Assembly: GCA_963828015.1 (NCBI GenBank)
Contig: CAWHCD010000008.1
Coordinates: 49,730-113,729 of the forward strand
DNA from: an uncultured Actinomycetes bacterium
Lineage (GTDB): Bacteria; Actinomycetota; Actinomycetes; Mycobacteriales; Jatrophihabitantaceae
Direction: 5' to 3'
DNA length: 64,000 nucleotides
Position numbers and translations under genes: made by a program. Shown here piece after piece: positions 18,201 to 26,351 of this stretch (its first letter is position 1; each line of letters opens with the position of its first letter). The notes below the pieces were generated by a model that saw only the letters and a list, made by a program, of their open reading frames with translations, searched no databases and was not told the origin of the DNA.

Positions 18201-20982
18201 GTACTTCGCCGGAACGATCGACGAGGTAGCGGTCTGGGCGAGCTCGGCGCTGACGTCCACCCAGGTCCAGTCGCTGTATGCGGCGTCGCCGGCCGCGGTG
18301 AATGCCGCTCCGACGGCTGCGTTCAGCTCCTCCTGCGTCGGGGGGGTCTGCTCCTTCAACGGCGCCGGCTCGACCGACCCGAACGGCACCGTGGCCTCCT
18401 ACGCCTGGTCCTTCGGCGACGGCACGACGGGCACCGGAGTGGCGCCGACGCACACCTACGCAGCATCGGGGACCTACTCGGTCTCGCTCGTGGTGACCGA
18501 CAACGGCGGCGCGACGAGCCCGGCCGTGGTCAATCAGGTTCCGGTGACCGTCACCAACCAGGCTCCGGTGGCCGTGTTCAACTCCACCGCGACGAACCTA
18601 TCCGTGGCCTTCGATGGCAGCACGTCGGCTGATCCTGATGGCACGGTGGCGTCCTATGCGTGGACGTTCGGTGATGGATCGACCTCGACGCTGGCCAAGC
18701 CGACGCATGTGTATGCGGCGGCGGGTTCGTACACGGTGACGTTGACGGTGACCGACAACCTCGGTCTGGCGTCGGCGCCGGTGAGTCATGTGGTGACGGT
18801 GACGGCGCCGAACCAGGCTCCGGTGGCGGCGTTCACGTCGGTGCCGACGAACTTGAGTGTGGCCTTCGATGGCAGCACGTCGGCTGATCCTGATGGCACG
18901 GTGGCGTCCTATGCGTGGACGTTCGGTGATGGATCGACCTCGACGCTGGCCAAGCCGACGCATGTGTATGCGGCGGCGGGTTCGTACACGGTGACGTTGA
19001 CTGTGACCGACAACCAGGGGCTGGCGTCGGCGCCGGTGAGTCATGTGGTGACGGTGACGGCGCCGAACCAGGCTCCGGTGGCCGTATTCAGCTCGGTCTC
19101 GACCAACCTGTCCGTGGCCTTCGATGGCAGCACGTCGGCTGATCCTGATGGCACGGTGGCGTCCTATGCGTGGACGTTCGGTGATGGATCGACCTCGACG
19201 CTGGCCAAGCCGACGCATGTGTATGCGGCGGCGGGTTCGTACACGGTGACGTTGACGGTGACCGACAACCTCGGTCTGGCGTCGGCGCCGGTGAGTCATG
19301 TGGTGACGGTGACGGCGGCGAACCAGGCTCCGGTGGCGGCGTTCACGTCGGTGCCGACGAACTTGAGTGTGGCCTTCGATGGCAGCACGTCGGCTGATCC
19401 TGATGGCACGGTGGCGTCCTATGCGTGGACGTTCGGTGATGGATCGACCTCGACGCTGGCCAAGCCGACGCATGTGTATGCGGCGGCGGGTTCGTACACG
19501 GTGACGTTGACGGTGACCGACAACCTCGGTCTGGCGTCGGCGCCGGTGAGTCATGTGGTGACGGTGACGGCGGCGAACCAGGCTCCGGTGGCGGCGTTCA
19601 CGTCGGTGCCGACGAACCTGAGTGTGGCCTTCGATGGCAGCACGTCGGCTGATCCTGATGGCACGGTGGCGTCCTATGCGTGGACGTTCGGTGATGGATC
19701 GACCTCGACGCTGGCCAAGCCGACGCATGTGTATGCGGCGGCGGGTTCGTACACGGTGACGTTGACGGTGACCGACAACCAGGGTCTGGCGTCGGCGCCG
19801 GTGAGTCATGTGGTGACGGTGACCGCGCCGGCCAACCAGCCGCCAGTGGCCGCGTTCACATCGGTGCCGACCAACCTGAGCGTTGCCTTCGACGGCACGA
19901 CGTCGACCGATCCGGACGGGACCATCGCCAGCTACGCGTGGGCCTTCGGTGACGGGACAACGTCCACGGCGGCCAAGCCGACGCATGTGTATGCGGCGGC
20001 GGGTTCGTACAACGTGACCCTGACCGTGACCGACAACTCGGGTGCGACCAACGCGGTGACCCATACGGTGGTGGTCTCGGCGGCGGCGAACAAGCCTCCG
20101 GTGGCCTCGTTCACGGCGACTCCGGTCAACCTGACGGTGTCCTTCAACGCCGCGGCGTCCTCCGATCCGGATGGCACGATCGCGACGTACGCCTGGGCCT
20201 TCGGTGACGGCACCACGGGTTCTGGGGTGACGGCGTCGCACACCTATGCGAGCGCCGGCACGTACGCCGTGGTCCTGACCGTGACCGACAACCAGGGAGC
20301 GTCGACATCGTTGACCACGAACGTGCTGGTCAACCCGGTGACGTCGTTGTTCTCGGACACGTTCACCCGGACGACGGCCAACTCACTGGGGACGGCGAAC
20401 TCGGGCGGGGCCTGGACCGACTACGGAACGGCCAGCTCGTTCAACACGAACGGCAGCATCGGCCAGATCACCATGGTCGGCCCCAGCGATGGCCCGTCCG
20501 CGGTGCTGAAGTCGGTCTCGCAGACGAACCTGAACCTCCTGCTCGACTCGGGGATGACCAAGATCCCCACTGGCAACGGAGCGTTCATGTCGATCCTGCT
20601 GCGCGATGACGGCACCACGGCGAACGACTACCGCTTCAAGTTGCGGTACATGTCCGACGGCACCATTCACATCGCGATCAGTAAGTCCGTCAACGGTGGC
20701 GAGACGACGCTGACCGAGGTGGTGGTACCCGGGTTGACCTACAACGTGGGCGACACCTTGCGGGCTCGGGTGATCATCAGTGGCACTGGTACGACGACGA
20801 TCGCCGGCAAGGTGTGGAAGGTTGGCACGACGGAGCCGGCCGCCAACCAGGTCTCGGTGACCGACACGGAGGCCTCCCTGCAGAAGGCGGGAGCCGTCGG
20901 GGTGCAGACGTACCTGTCCGGGTCGTCGACCAACGCGCCGATCACCATGAACCTCGACAACCTGTCGGCGACGGCGAACTGA
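15211..20982 (+). CDS. giant secreted multidomain protein: beta-propeller-like repeats, FN3, 2x LamG/concanavalin-like, 8x PKD, C-terminal jelly-roll-like domain
   Basis: Uninterrupted 1,923-aa ORF with a signal peptide (...SVAFALPANA|VLT). An alternative start is ATG 15229. There are repeated GG(A/S)FT..ANG blades. Two LamG-type modules begin with YWRLDE and YWRLDD. Eight 85-aa PKD units (FDGSTSADPDGTVASYAWTFGDG) span 18301-20340. No cell-wall sorting signal. Confidence 0.9.
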   Translation: MISGKNMLNRIRNRRVVAATVVAAVVASMSVAFALPANAVLTTPGPVQQRTAAMVTDDALPTVQIDGVVWSEQVVGTTVWAGGSFANARPAGAAPGTNLTSRPNLLAFNITTGALITSIAPSLNAEVKVVAVSPDHSRVYVGGAFTTANGANHYRIAAYNASTGAIISSFTAGVDAEVNAIVATNTTVYVGGAFSNANGVARQKFAAFDLNGNLLGWAPTADNNEVETMVMSPDGTRLIAGGSFTSANGSASAYGLASLDPTTGALYPWAASSVVQDAGSAAAILQLTTDGTAIYGNGYVFGAGGDLEGSFSADPDTGTINWIEDCHGDTYGNYAMNGVLYTVSHAHYCGNVGGYPQTEPTWTFQHTVAFTTAATGTLAHNTESPGAYTDFGGQPSPSLINWFPTLQEGTYTGQSQSAWSVTGNGTYLVEGGEFPSVNGVAQQGLVRFATPPTAPSKMGPTLSGSFFTSTNLALSSTSIRVSWPANYDPDDENLTYKLVRNGDINHPIYTATQTSQFWNRPTMSFTDTGLTPGTTYQYRLFVTDPDGNQAAGDTTTASTPSTNPGPYAAGVLNAGAADYWRLDETSGTTATDWAGFNNLTEGAGVTHNTAGAIIGDPDTADTFSGTNTGWAESVTAAPAVAPNTYTMEAWIKTSTTAGGKIVGFGSGTAGTLSGSYDRQIYMDNAGHLIYGVYTGTTSTLATSATFNDNTWHHVVGTLSAAGMNFYVDGKLVGHNATVTAGQVYEGYWHVGGDNLASWPSAPTSNYFAGSIDDVAIYPTALNLTQIDTNYTNSGRTVAVPVAPTDAYGKAVFNAAPDLYWRLDDASGPTAADASGNNSTGLYSGAETFKVASPVAGATGTAVTFDGSTGTIGSNQQFSNPTVYTESAWFNTTTTHGGKIIGFGAAQTGLSGSYDRHVYMLDTGQLVFGAWTGVANLATSPLNYNDGKWHQLVATQGPSGMALYVDGQLVATNADTQAQAYAGYWRVGGDSDWGGDSPYFAGTIDEVAVWASSALTSTQVQSLYAASPAAVNAAPTAAFSSSCVGGVCSFNGAGSTDPNGTVASYAWSFGDGTTGTGVAPTHTYAASGTYSVSLVVTDNGGATSPAVVNQVPVTVTNQAPVAVFNSTATNLSVAFDGSTSADPDGTVASYAWTFGDGSTSTLAKPTHVYAAAGSYTVTLTVTDNLGLASAPVSHVVTVTAPNQAPVAAFTSVPTNLSVAFDGSTSADPDGTVASYAWTFGDGSTSTLAKPTHVYAAAGSYTVTLTVTDNQGLASAPVSHVVTVTAPNQAPVAVFSSVSTNLSVAFDGSTSADPDGTVASYAWTFGDGSTSTLAKPTHVYAAAGSYTVTLTVTDNLGLASAPVSHVVTVTAANQAPVAAFTSVPTNLSVAFDGSTSADPDGTVASYAWTFGDGSTSTLAKPTHVYAAAGSYTVTLTVTDNLGLASAPVSHVVTVTAANQAPVAAFTSVPTNLSVAFDGSTSADPDGTVASYAWTFGDGSTSTLAKPTHVYAAAGSYTVTLTVTDNQGLASAPVSHVVTVTAPANQPPVAAFTSVPTNLSVAFDGTTSTDPDGTIASYAWAFGDGTTSTAAKPTHVYAAAGSYNVTLTVTDNSGATNAVTHTVVVSAAANKPPVASFTATPVNLTVSFNAAASSDPDGTIATYAWAFGDGTTGSGVTASHTYASAGTYAVVLTVTDNQGASTSLTTNVLVNPVTSLFSDTFTRTTANSLGTANSGGAWTDYGTASSFNTNGSIGQITMVGPSDGPSAVLKSVSQTNLNLLLDSGMTKIPTGNGAFMSILLRDDGTTANDYRFKLRYMSDGTIHIAISKSVNGGETTLTEVVVPGLTYNVGDTLRARVIISGTGTTTIAGKVWKVGTTEPAANQVSVTDTEASLQKAGAVGVQTYLSGSSTNAPITMNLDNLSATAN
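18556..19833 (+). repeat. five near-identical tandem 255-bp repeats (PKD-domain coding units) inside the giant gene
   Basis: Units start at 18556, 18811, 19066, 19321 and 19576, each with aaccaggctccggtgg. A core of about 150 bp looks identical by eye in all five. Divergent PKD units flank the array at 18301-18555 and 19834-20340. Confidence 0.95.
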
Positions 20983-20987
20983 CGCAG

Positions 20988-21015
20988 CCGGGTCGCGCCC
21001 TCGGGCGCGACCCGG
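20988..21015 (+). terminator. stem-loop terminator candidate after the giant gene
   Basis: Perfect 12-bp GC-rich inverted repeat ccgggtcgcgcc-ctcg-ggcgcgacccgg starting 6 nt after the stop. No U-tract, which is common for actinobacterial terminators. Confidence 0.55.
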
Positions 21016-21040
21016 AGTCAGTCGTTCCTATCCTGACGAG

Positions 21041-21973
21041 GTGAACGCGTCACCGAACCACCTCGATTCGCCGATCGGCGTGGTCGTGGTCAACTATGGC
21101 TCGAGCGCGCTGGTGCGGGCCAACATCGCAGCGTTCGCTGATGCGATCGTGATCGTGGTCGACAACTTCAGCAGCGCGACCGAGCGGTCGACGCTGAAGT
21201 CCCTGTGTGACGAACGCGGGTGGACCTTCATCGGGCTGCCGGACAACCGCGGCTTCGGTCACGGCGTCAACATGGGCGTCGCCCGAGTCCGCAAGCTCGG
21301 CTGCTCGTCGGTGCTGTTGCTCAATCCCGATGCCCAGGTCAGCCCGGAGGTCCTCACGGCCCTGCGCCTGGCCGTGCTCGAGAATCCCGGTGCGCTGCTC
21401 TCGCCGGTGATCCTCGACTCGCAGGCCCGCGTGGTGTTCCAAGGCGTCGAGGTGGACGCTCGCAGCGGCCGGATCGTGCGAGCCGGAATGACGCCGTCCA
21501 GTCGGGTGGCCTGGCCCTGGCTGACCGCGGCCTGCCTGGCGGTGTCGGTCGAGTTGTTCGATCGCGTCGGCGGCTTCGACGACGGGTACTTCCTGTATTG
21601 GGAGGACGTCGACTTCACCCACCGGGCTGCGCTCGCCGGCGCCGAACTGATCGTGCGGGAGGATCTGCGCGCCATCCATGACGAGGGCCTGACGCAGGGC
21701 GATCAGGTCGGGACGGCCAAGTCGTTCGGCTACTACTACTTCAACTCGCGCAATCGCCTGGTCTTCGGGGCTCAGCACCTGTCCCGGGTGGCTCTGCTGC
21801 GGTGGATGCTCTGGACGCCGTATGAGAGCTGGGCCATCCTGCTGCGAGGCGGGCGGCGGCAGCTGCTGCACTCCCGCGCCCCGTTGCGGGCGATCATCAC
21901 CGGCTCGGGCGCGGGCCTGTGGCGAGCGGCAGTGGCCCTGATTCGGCGTCCGGTGCCGCGGGTGGCACCGTGA
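21041..21973 (+). CDS. glycosyltransferase family 2
   Basis: 310 aa from GTG 21041. IGVVVVNYGSS...VVDNFSS...NRGFGHGVNMG...LLLNPDAQV is a GT-A fold with a DxD-type region (YWEDVDF). Confidence 0.85.
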   Translation: MNASPNHLDSPIGVVVVNYGSSALVRANIAAFADAIVIVVDNFSSATERSTLKSLCDERGWTFIGLPDNRGFGHGVNMGVARVRKLGCSSVLLLNPDAQVSPEVLTALRLAVLENPGALLSPVILDSQARVVFQGVEVDARSGRIVRAGMTPSSRVAWPWLTAACLAVSVELFDRVGGFDDGYFLYWEDVDFTHRAALAGAELIVREDLRAIHDEGLTQGDQVGTAKSFGYYYFNSRNRLVFGAQHLSRVALLRWMLWTPYESWAILLRGGRRQLLHSRAPLRAIITGSGAGLWRAAVALIRRPVPRVAP

Positions 21974-23520
21974 GCAGCCCCCCGCCGGTGGAGGAACCGC
22001 CCCTGCAGGTACCGCCGTTGGAGCTGCCGGCAGCCCTGTTGCCACCGGAGGCGGCGACGTCGCCGGAGGCGCCGACCCTTGGGACGACGGCCGCGCGCGG
22101 AGCAGTGATCACGACCGGTGGGCAGATCCTGCAGGTCGTTATGCAGATCGCCTCGGTGGTGGTGCTCGCCCGGTTGCTCAGTCCCACTGACTACGGCCTC
22201 TATGCCACTGTCCTGGTGGTGGTCGGGGTCGGCGAGATCTTTCGCGATTTCGGGCTTTCCTCGGCGGCCGTGCAAGCCAAGACGCTGAGCCGCTTCCAAC
22301 GCGACAACCTCTTCTGGGTCAACCTGGGCATCGGCGTCGCGCTGACCTTGCTGGCGATCGTGCTGGCGCCGGCGTTCGCCGCCCTGTTCAACGAGCCGGC
22401 GCTGACCGGCATCACCCGAGTGTTGTCCTTCACGTTCCTGATCAACGCGATTGCCACCCAGCACCGGGCCGGGCTCAATCGCGATCTGCGTTTCGGTCAG
22501 CTGGCCCTGACCGACTTGCTCGCGCAGTTCATCGGGCTCACAGTGGCGATCGTCTGCGCCGCTCTGGGGGCCGGGTACTGGTCGCTGGTCGCGTCGCAGC
22601 TGGCGCAGGTGAGCACCGTGCTGGTGCTGGTGCTGGTGTTTGCCCGCTGGTTACCCAGGTGGTGGCGGCGCGGGCAGCCGATGCGGTCTTTTCTCATCTT
22701 CGGCCGCAACTATGTCGCGACCTCTCTCGTGGGGTATCTGGGCAACAACGTCGATGCGACGACGATCGCGCTGCGCTTCGGGGCGGCGCCGCTGGGCATC
22801 TACACCAGAGCCTTCCAGCTGGTGATGAATCCGCTCAACCAGTTCCGGGCGCCGGCGACCACGGTGGCGCTACCCGTACTCTCGCGGCTGCAGGACGACC
22901 TCGGTCGGGCCAACGAATATCTGCGTCGTGGTCAGCTGGCGATGGGCTACACGATCGTCGCCGCGCTGGCGATCGGGGCTGGAGCGGCCACGCCCATCGT
23001 CGACCTGATGCTCGGGCCGACCTGGCATCAGACGATCCCGATCTTCGCGCTGCTCGCCATTTCGGGGATCCTGCAGACGATTGCCTACGTCGGCTACTGG
23101 GCCTACCTGTCGCGCGGGCTGACCGCCGACCTCTTCCGCTACACGATCCTGACGACGGCGCTGCTCGCGGCCTGCATCGTCATCGGCAGCCAGTGGGGCG
23201 TCAACGGGGTAGCGGCCGGGTTCACCGTGGCGTACGCGATCGAGTGGCCGTTGTCGCTGTGGTGGCTCAGCCGACGCACGGTGTACCCGGTGCGGGCGTT
23301 GTACTCCGGGGCCAGCCGCATCCTGGTGACCGGAGGGCTGGCCGGATTGGCCTCCTTCGGCGTGTGCCGGGCCCTGGCCAGTGCGCCGAACGTGGTCATC
23401 CTGCTCTGCGCCGCCGCGGCCGGTCTGTGCGTCTACCTGCTCTGCGCGCTGCTCAGTGGGCGGGTGCGCGAGGACCTGGGTGGGGTGCGCGACATCGGGC
23501 GCCGGGTGCTGCACCGCTGA
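21970..23520 (+). CDS. polysaccharide flippase (Wzx-like, MOP/PST superfamily)
   Basis: About 516 aa from GTG 21970, overlapping the upstream stop (GTGA). About 12-14 predicted TM helices. The N-terminal pattern GGQILQVVMQIASVVVLARLLSPTDYGLYA is typical of PST-family flippases. Confidence 0.8.
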   Translation: MSSPPPVEEPPLQVPPLELPAALLPPEAATSPEAPTLGTTAARGAVITTGGQILQVVMQIASVVVLARLLSPTDYGLYATVLVVVGVGEIFRDFGLSSAAVQAKTLSRFQRDNLFWVNLGIGVALTLLAIVLAPAFAALFNEPALTGITRVLSFTFLINAIATQHRAGLNRDLRFGQLALTDLLAQFIGLTVAIVCAALGAGYWSLVASQLAQVSTVLVLVLVFARWLPRWWRRGQPMRSFLIFGRNYVATSLVGYLGNNVDATTIALRFGAAPLGIYTRAFQLVMNPLNQFRAPATTVALPVLSRLQDDLGRANEYLRRGQLAMGYTIVAALAIGAGAATPIVDLMLGPTWHQTIPIFALLAISGILQTIAYVGYWAYLSRGLTADLFRYTILTTALLAACIVIGSQWGVNGVAAGFTVAYAIEWPLSLWWLSRRTVYPVRALYSGASRILVTGGLAGLASFGVCRALASAPNVVILLCAAAAGLCVYLLCALLSGRVREDLGGVRDIGRRVLHR

Positions 23521-23545
23521 TCGGGCGCCGCCGCATCGGCGCGGG

Positions 23546-24283
23546 TCAGCGTTTGAACCAGGCGGTTCTGACCGGTTGGCCGGTGCTCAGTGCCGCGGTC
23601 AACGACGATCCGCTCAGCCCGTTCTCGCCCAGGGTGTCGAGCACCCGGGTGACCAGTTCGCCGCGATCAATACGCGGCGCGGGACCGTCGTCGACACCGT
23701 CCTCGAGCGTGGCGAAGCCGTCATGGCCGAGCAGGATCGAGCCGGCCGAGGTGCCCTCGGTGGCCCGTCGCACCCGTTCGTGCTGCTCGACGTCGGCGTT
23801 GTCCGCGCTCGATGGCCCCCACAGCACCGGGAGGACACCCGCCGTCTTCACCGCGCGCCAGCTGCGCAACGTCTGCCGGCCATAGGGCGGACGCACCCAA
23901 TCCACCCGACGCCCGATCGCGTCTTCGAGCTCGGCCCGCCCGTCGGCGGTGCGTTGCTGGATCTCTCGGTAACCAAAGCCGGTCAGCCGCTGGTGATCCA
24001 GACCGTGCAACGCGATCTCGTGGCCCTCCGAGCGGACCTCCTGGAGCAGCTGCGGATACTTGCGCGCGCGGGTCAGTAACACGAAGAAGGTCGCGGTGGC
24101 CCGATGATCGGCCAGTGCGGTGAGCACCGCTTCGGTGCCACCGGGCTCGGGGCCGTCGTCGTAGGTGAGCACCACACGGTTTCCGCAGTCGCGCACGGCG
24201 GTGACCGATCCGAGGACCGTCGCCTTGCGCTGCAGGTAGCGTTTGGCCGCCCGGGGCGCGGTATGCAGAATGCCAGTGCTCAT
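23546..24283 (-). CDS. polysaccharide deacetylase (NodB homology domain)
   Basis: 245 aa. VVLTYDDGPEPGGTEAVL...ATFFVL...EGHEIALHGLDHQRL are NodB motifs 1-3. Confidence 0.85.
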   Translation of the reverse strand: MSTGILHTAPRAAKRYLQRKATVLGSVTAVRDCGNRVVLTYDDGPEPGGTEAVLTALADHRATATFFVLLTRARKYPQLLQEVRSEGHEIALHGLDHQRLTGFGYREIQQRTADGRAELEDAIGRRVDWVRPPYGRQTLRSWRAVKTAGVLPVLWGPSSADNADVEQHERVRRATEGTSAGSILLGHDGFATLEDGVDDGPAPRIDRGELVTRVLDTLGENGLSGSSLTAALSTGQPVRTAWFKR

Positions 24284-25242
24284 TGCTGGGCCTCACTGTC
24301 GCGGGCGTACTCGCGGTAGACGATGTTCAGCGCCCCGGCGATCATGCCACCGCCGCGATAGAGCATGCGCAAGCCCAACGCGTCGTGGGACAGGTTGCCG
24401 GTCAGTCGGCCCAGTAGGTGGCGGGCCGAGCCGAGGAAGACCCGGGTCAACCCGCGCCCGACGCAGGTCGCGCGCGTGGCCAGTCGGGCGCCTCGCCCCG
24501 CGGCCATCCGCAGCTCGACCACGCTGCTGGTGTTGCCGTGGCTCCAGGAGCGCCGTAGCAGCCAGTCCCTGGTCAGCCGCTTGGCCGGGACGAGGTCGTC
24601 GGCGACCGACTCATCACACCAGACAATGCGACCGCCCCGGTTGGTGAGCCTCCGGCTGAGCAGATTGTCCTCGCCGCCCGAGAGTCCGAGCGTGACGTCG
24701 AAGCGGACACCGAGTCGGCGGATCTGGCGCAGGTCGAGCAGCAGATTTCCGGCGGCGGCGACGGGAATCTCGGTCCCGGATGGCATCCGCGGCCGGGCAA
24801 AGAAGTCACCCGCCGCGATCCACGGTGAGAGCTCGCCGTCGAAGGCCGACTCGACCCGCCCCATCACGGCCGCCGCCTGGGTGCTCCGCCAGGTGCTGAC
24901 GATGCTCGAGAGCCAGCGGGGCCGCGGGACCTCGTCGTCGTCGATATAGACCAGGAGGTCGCTGGCCGCGGCCTCGTCCAGCGCACGATTGCGGGCGCTC
25001 GCGATGCCCGGGCTCGACTCGATGACGTAGCGCAAGGCCGGATGCCCGATGTCGCGCGTTGCCGCCTCGGCGGTACCCGCGGGGTCGTTGTCCACCACGA
25101 GGACATCGACGCTGAGGCCCGCGTCAGCGGCGTTGACCTCGTCCACCTGGGCCAGGACGCCGGCCAAAGTCTTGGTGAGCTCGTCGGGCCGCTGGAACGT
25201 CAGGATGCCCACCGTCAGCTTCAGGACATCATTTGCTGACAC
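24280..25242 (-). CDS. glycosyltransferase family 2
   Basis: LTVGILTFQRPDEL...LVVDNDPAGTA...GIASARNRAL...VYIDDDEVP is a GT-A fold. Start GTG 25242 is preferred, about 10 aa before the first beta strand. The track start at 25335 would overlap the divergent gene. Confidence 0.8.
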   Translation of the reverse strand: MSANDVLKLTVGILTFQRPDELTKTLAGVLAQVDEVNAADAGLSVDVLVVDNDPAGTAEAATRDIGHPALRYVIESSPGIASARNRALDEAAASDLLVYIDDDEVPRPRWLSSIVSTWRSTQAAAVMGRVESAFDGELSPWIAAGDFFARPRMPSGTEIPVAAAGNLLLDLRQIRRLGVRFDVTLGLSGGEDNLLSRRLTNRGGRIVWCDESVADDLVPAKRLTRDWLLRRSWSHGNTSSVVELRMAAGRGARLATRATCVGRGLTRVFLGSARHLLGRLTGNLSHDALGLRMLYRGGGMIAGALNIVYREYARDSEAQQ

Positions 25243-25364
25243 GGACAAAAGTATCGTTGGTTGCCCGCGAGCCCGCAATTTGACCGGCCCGGCGTCGATG
25301 TCAGACTTGCGGCGTGCGTCTACGTCCACAGTCACGGGAAGGCCGCGACCGCCCGTTCGTGGTC

Positions 25365-26351
25365 ATGTCCTCGGCGCCGTCGCCTATCCCGTCCACGAAT
25401 CCCTACATCGTGATGCTCAACGAGGCGATCGACGACGTGCCGGGTGTGCGCCTGGAGTTCTTCAGCTGGCGCCGGGCGGTCCTCGGCCCGTTCGACGTAC
25501 TGCACGTGCATTGGCCCGAGACGCTGGTGACCGGACGATCGCGCGGCAAGCGCATAGCCCGCCAGCTGCTGTTCTGCGTCATGTTGCTGCGCATGTGGTG
25601 GCTGCGGATTCCTTTGGTGCGCACGGTGCATAACCTCGAGTTCCCGCGCGACATCTCTACCTTCGAGCGGTGGCTGTTGCGCCTGACCGAACGCCGCACG
25701 ACCCTGCGCATTCGGGTGAATGCGCACACCGAGATCGCTTCCGGGCCGGTCGAAACGATCGTGCACGGGCACTATCAGGACTGGTTCGCCGCGTACCCGA
25801 CGGTGCCCACCGTGCCCGGTCGGATCACTTTCTTTGGTGCCATTCGCCGTTACAAGGGCGCGCAGGGCCTGGTCGAGGCCTTCCGCGACACCCACGATGA
25901 GACCTTGACGCTGCGCGTCGCCGGGCGACCGTCCACGGACGCCCTGGCCGACGAGCTGAAAGCCGCGGCGGGTGATGATCCACGGATCGGGTTGTCGTTT
26001 GCTTTCCTCAGCGATGCGGAGTTGGTTCGCGAGGTGAGCGAGGCCGAGCTAGTCGTGTTGCCCTATCCGGAGATGCACAACTCCGGTGGCGTGCTGGCCG
26101 CCCTTTCCCTGGATCGACCGGTGCTCGTCGCGGACAACGAAGTCAACCGTGAGCTGGCCGCCGAGGTCGGGCCGGGCTGGCTGCTCAGCTACGAGGCTCC
26201 ACTGCGCGCCCGCCATCTCAGCGACGCGCTGGCCGAGCTACGACGGGTCGGCGAGCGTGGTCGTCCTGACCTCAGTGCCCGCGGCTGGACCGAGGTCGGT
26301 GAGTTGCACGTCGCCGCCTTCCGACGGGCGGTCGAGCTGCTCGCCGGCTGA
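25365..26351 (+). CDS. glycosyltransferase (GT-B fold, GT4-like)
   Basis: 328 aa from ATG 25365 (MSSAPSPIPSTNPYIVMLNEAI). C-terminal half reads ITFFGAIRRYKG...EAELVVLPYPEMHNSGGVLAALSLDRPVLV. Family assignment is tentative. Confidence 0.65.
   Translation: MSSAPSPIPSTNPYIVMLNEAIDDVPGVRLEFFSWRRAVLGPFDVLHVHWPETLVTGRSRGKRIARQLLFCVMLLRMWWLRIPLVRTVHNLEFPRDISTFERWLLRLTERRTTLRIRVNAHTEIASGPVETIVHGHYQDWFAAYPTVPTVPGRITFFGAIRRYKGAQGLVEAFRDTHDETLTLRVAGRPSTDALADELKAAAGDDPRIGLSFAFLSDAELVREVSEAELVVLPYPEMHNSGGVLAALSLDRPVLVADNEVNRELAAEVGPGWLLSYEAPLRARHLSDALAELRRVGERGRPDLSARGWTEVGELHVAAFRRAVELLAG

Noticed and set aside
16453-20241. Minus-strand ORFs of 666 aa (16453..18453) and 547 aa (18598..20241); the latter has striking periodic Arg/His-rich repeats
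   Set aside because: Both are antisense to the giant secreted-protein gene. The periodicity only mirrors the 255-bp PKD repeats on the coding strand. No start context or recognisable domain.
18301-20340. Possible CRISPR array or mobile repeat, because of the regular tandem repeats
   Set aside because: The repeat unit is 255 bp with no unique spacers. It is in-frame protein-coding sequence (PKD domains) inside one ORF, and no cas genes are present.
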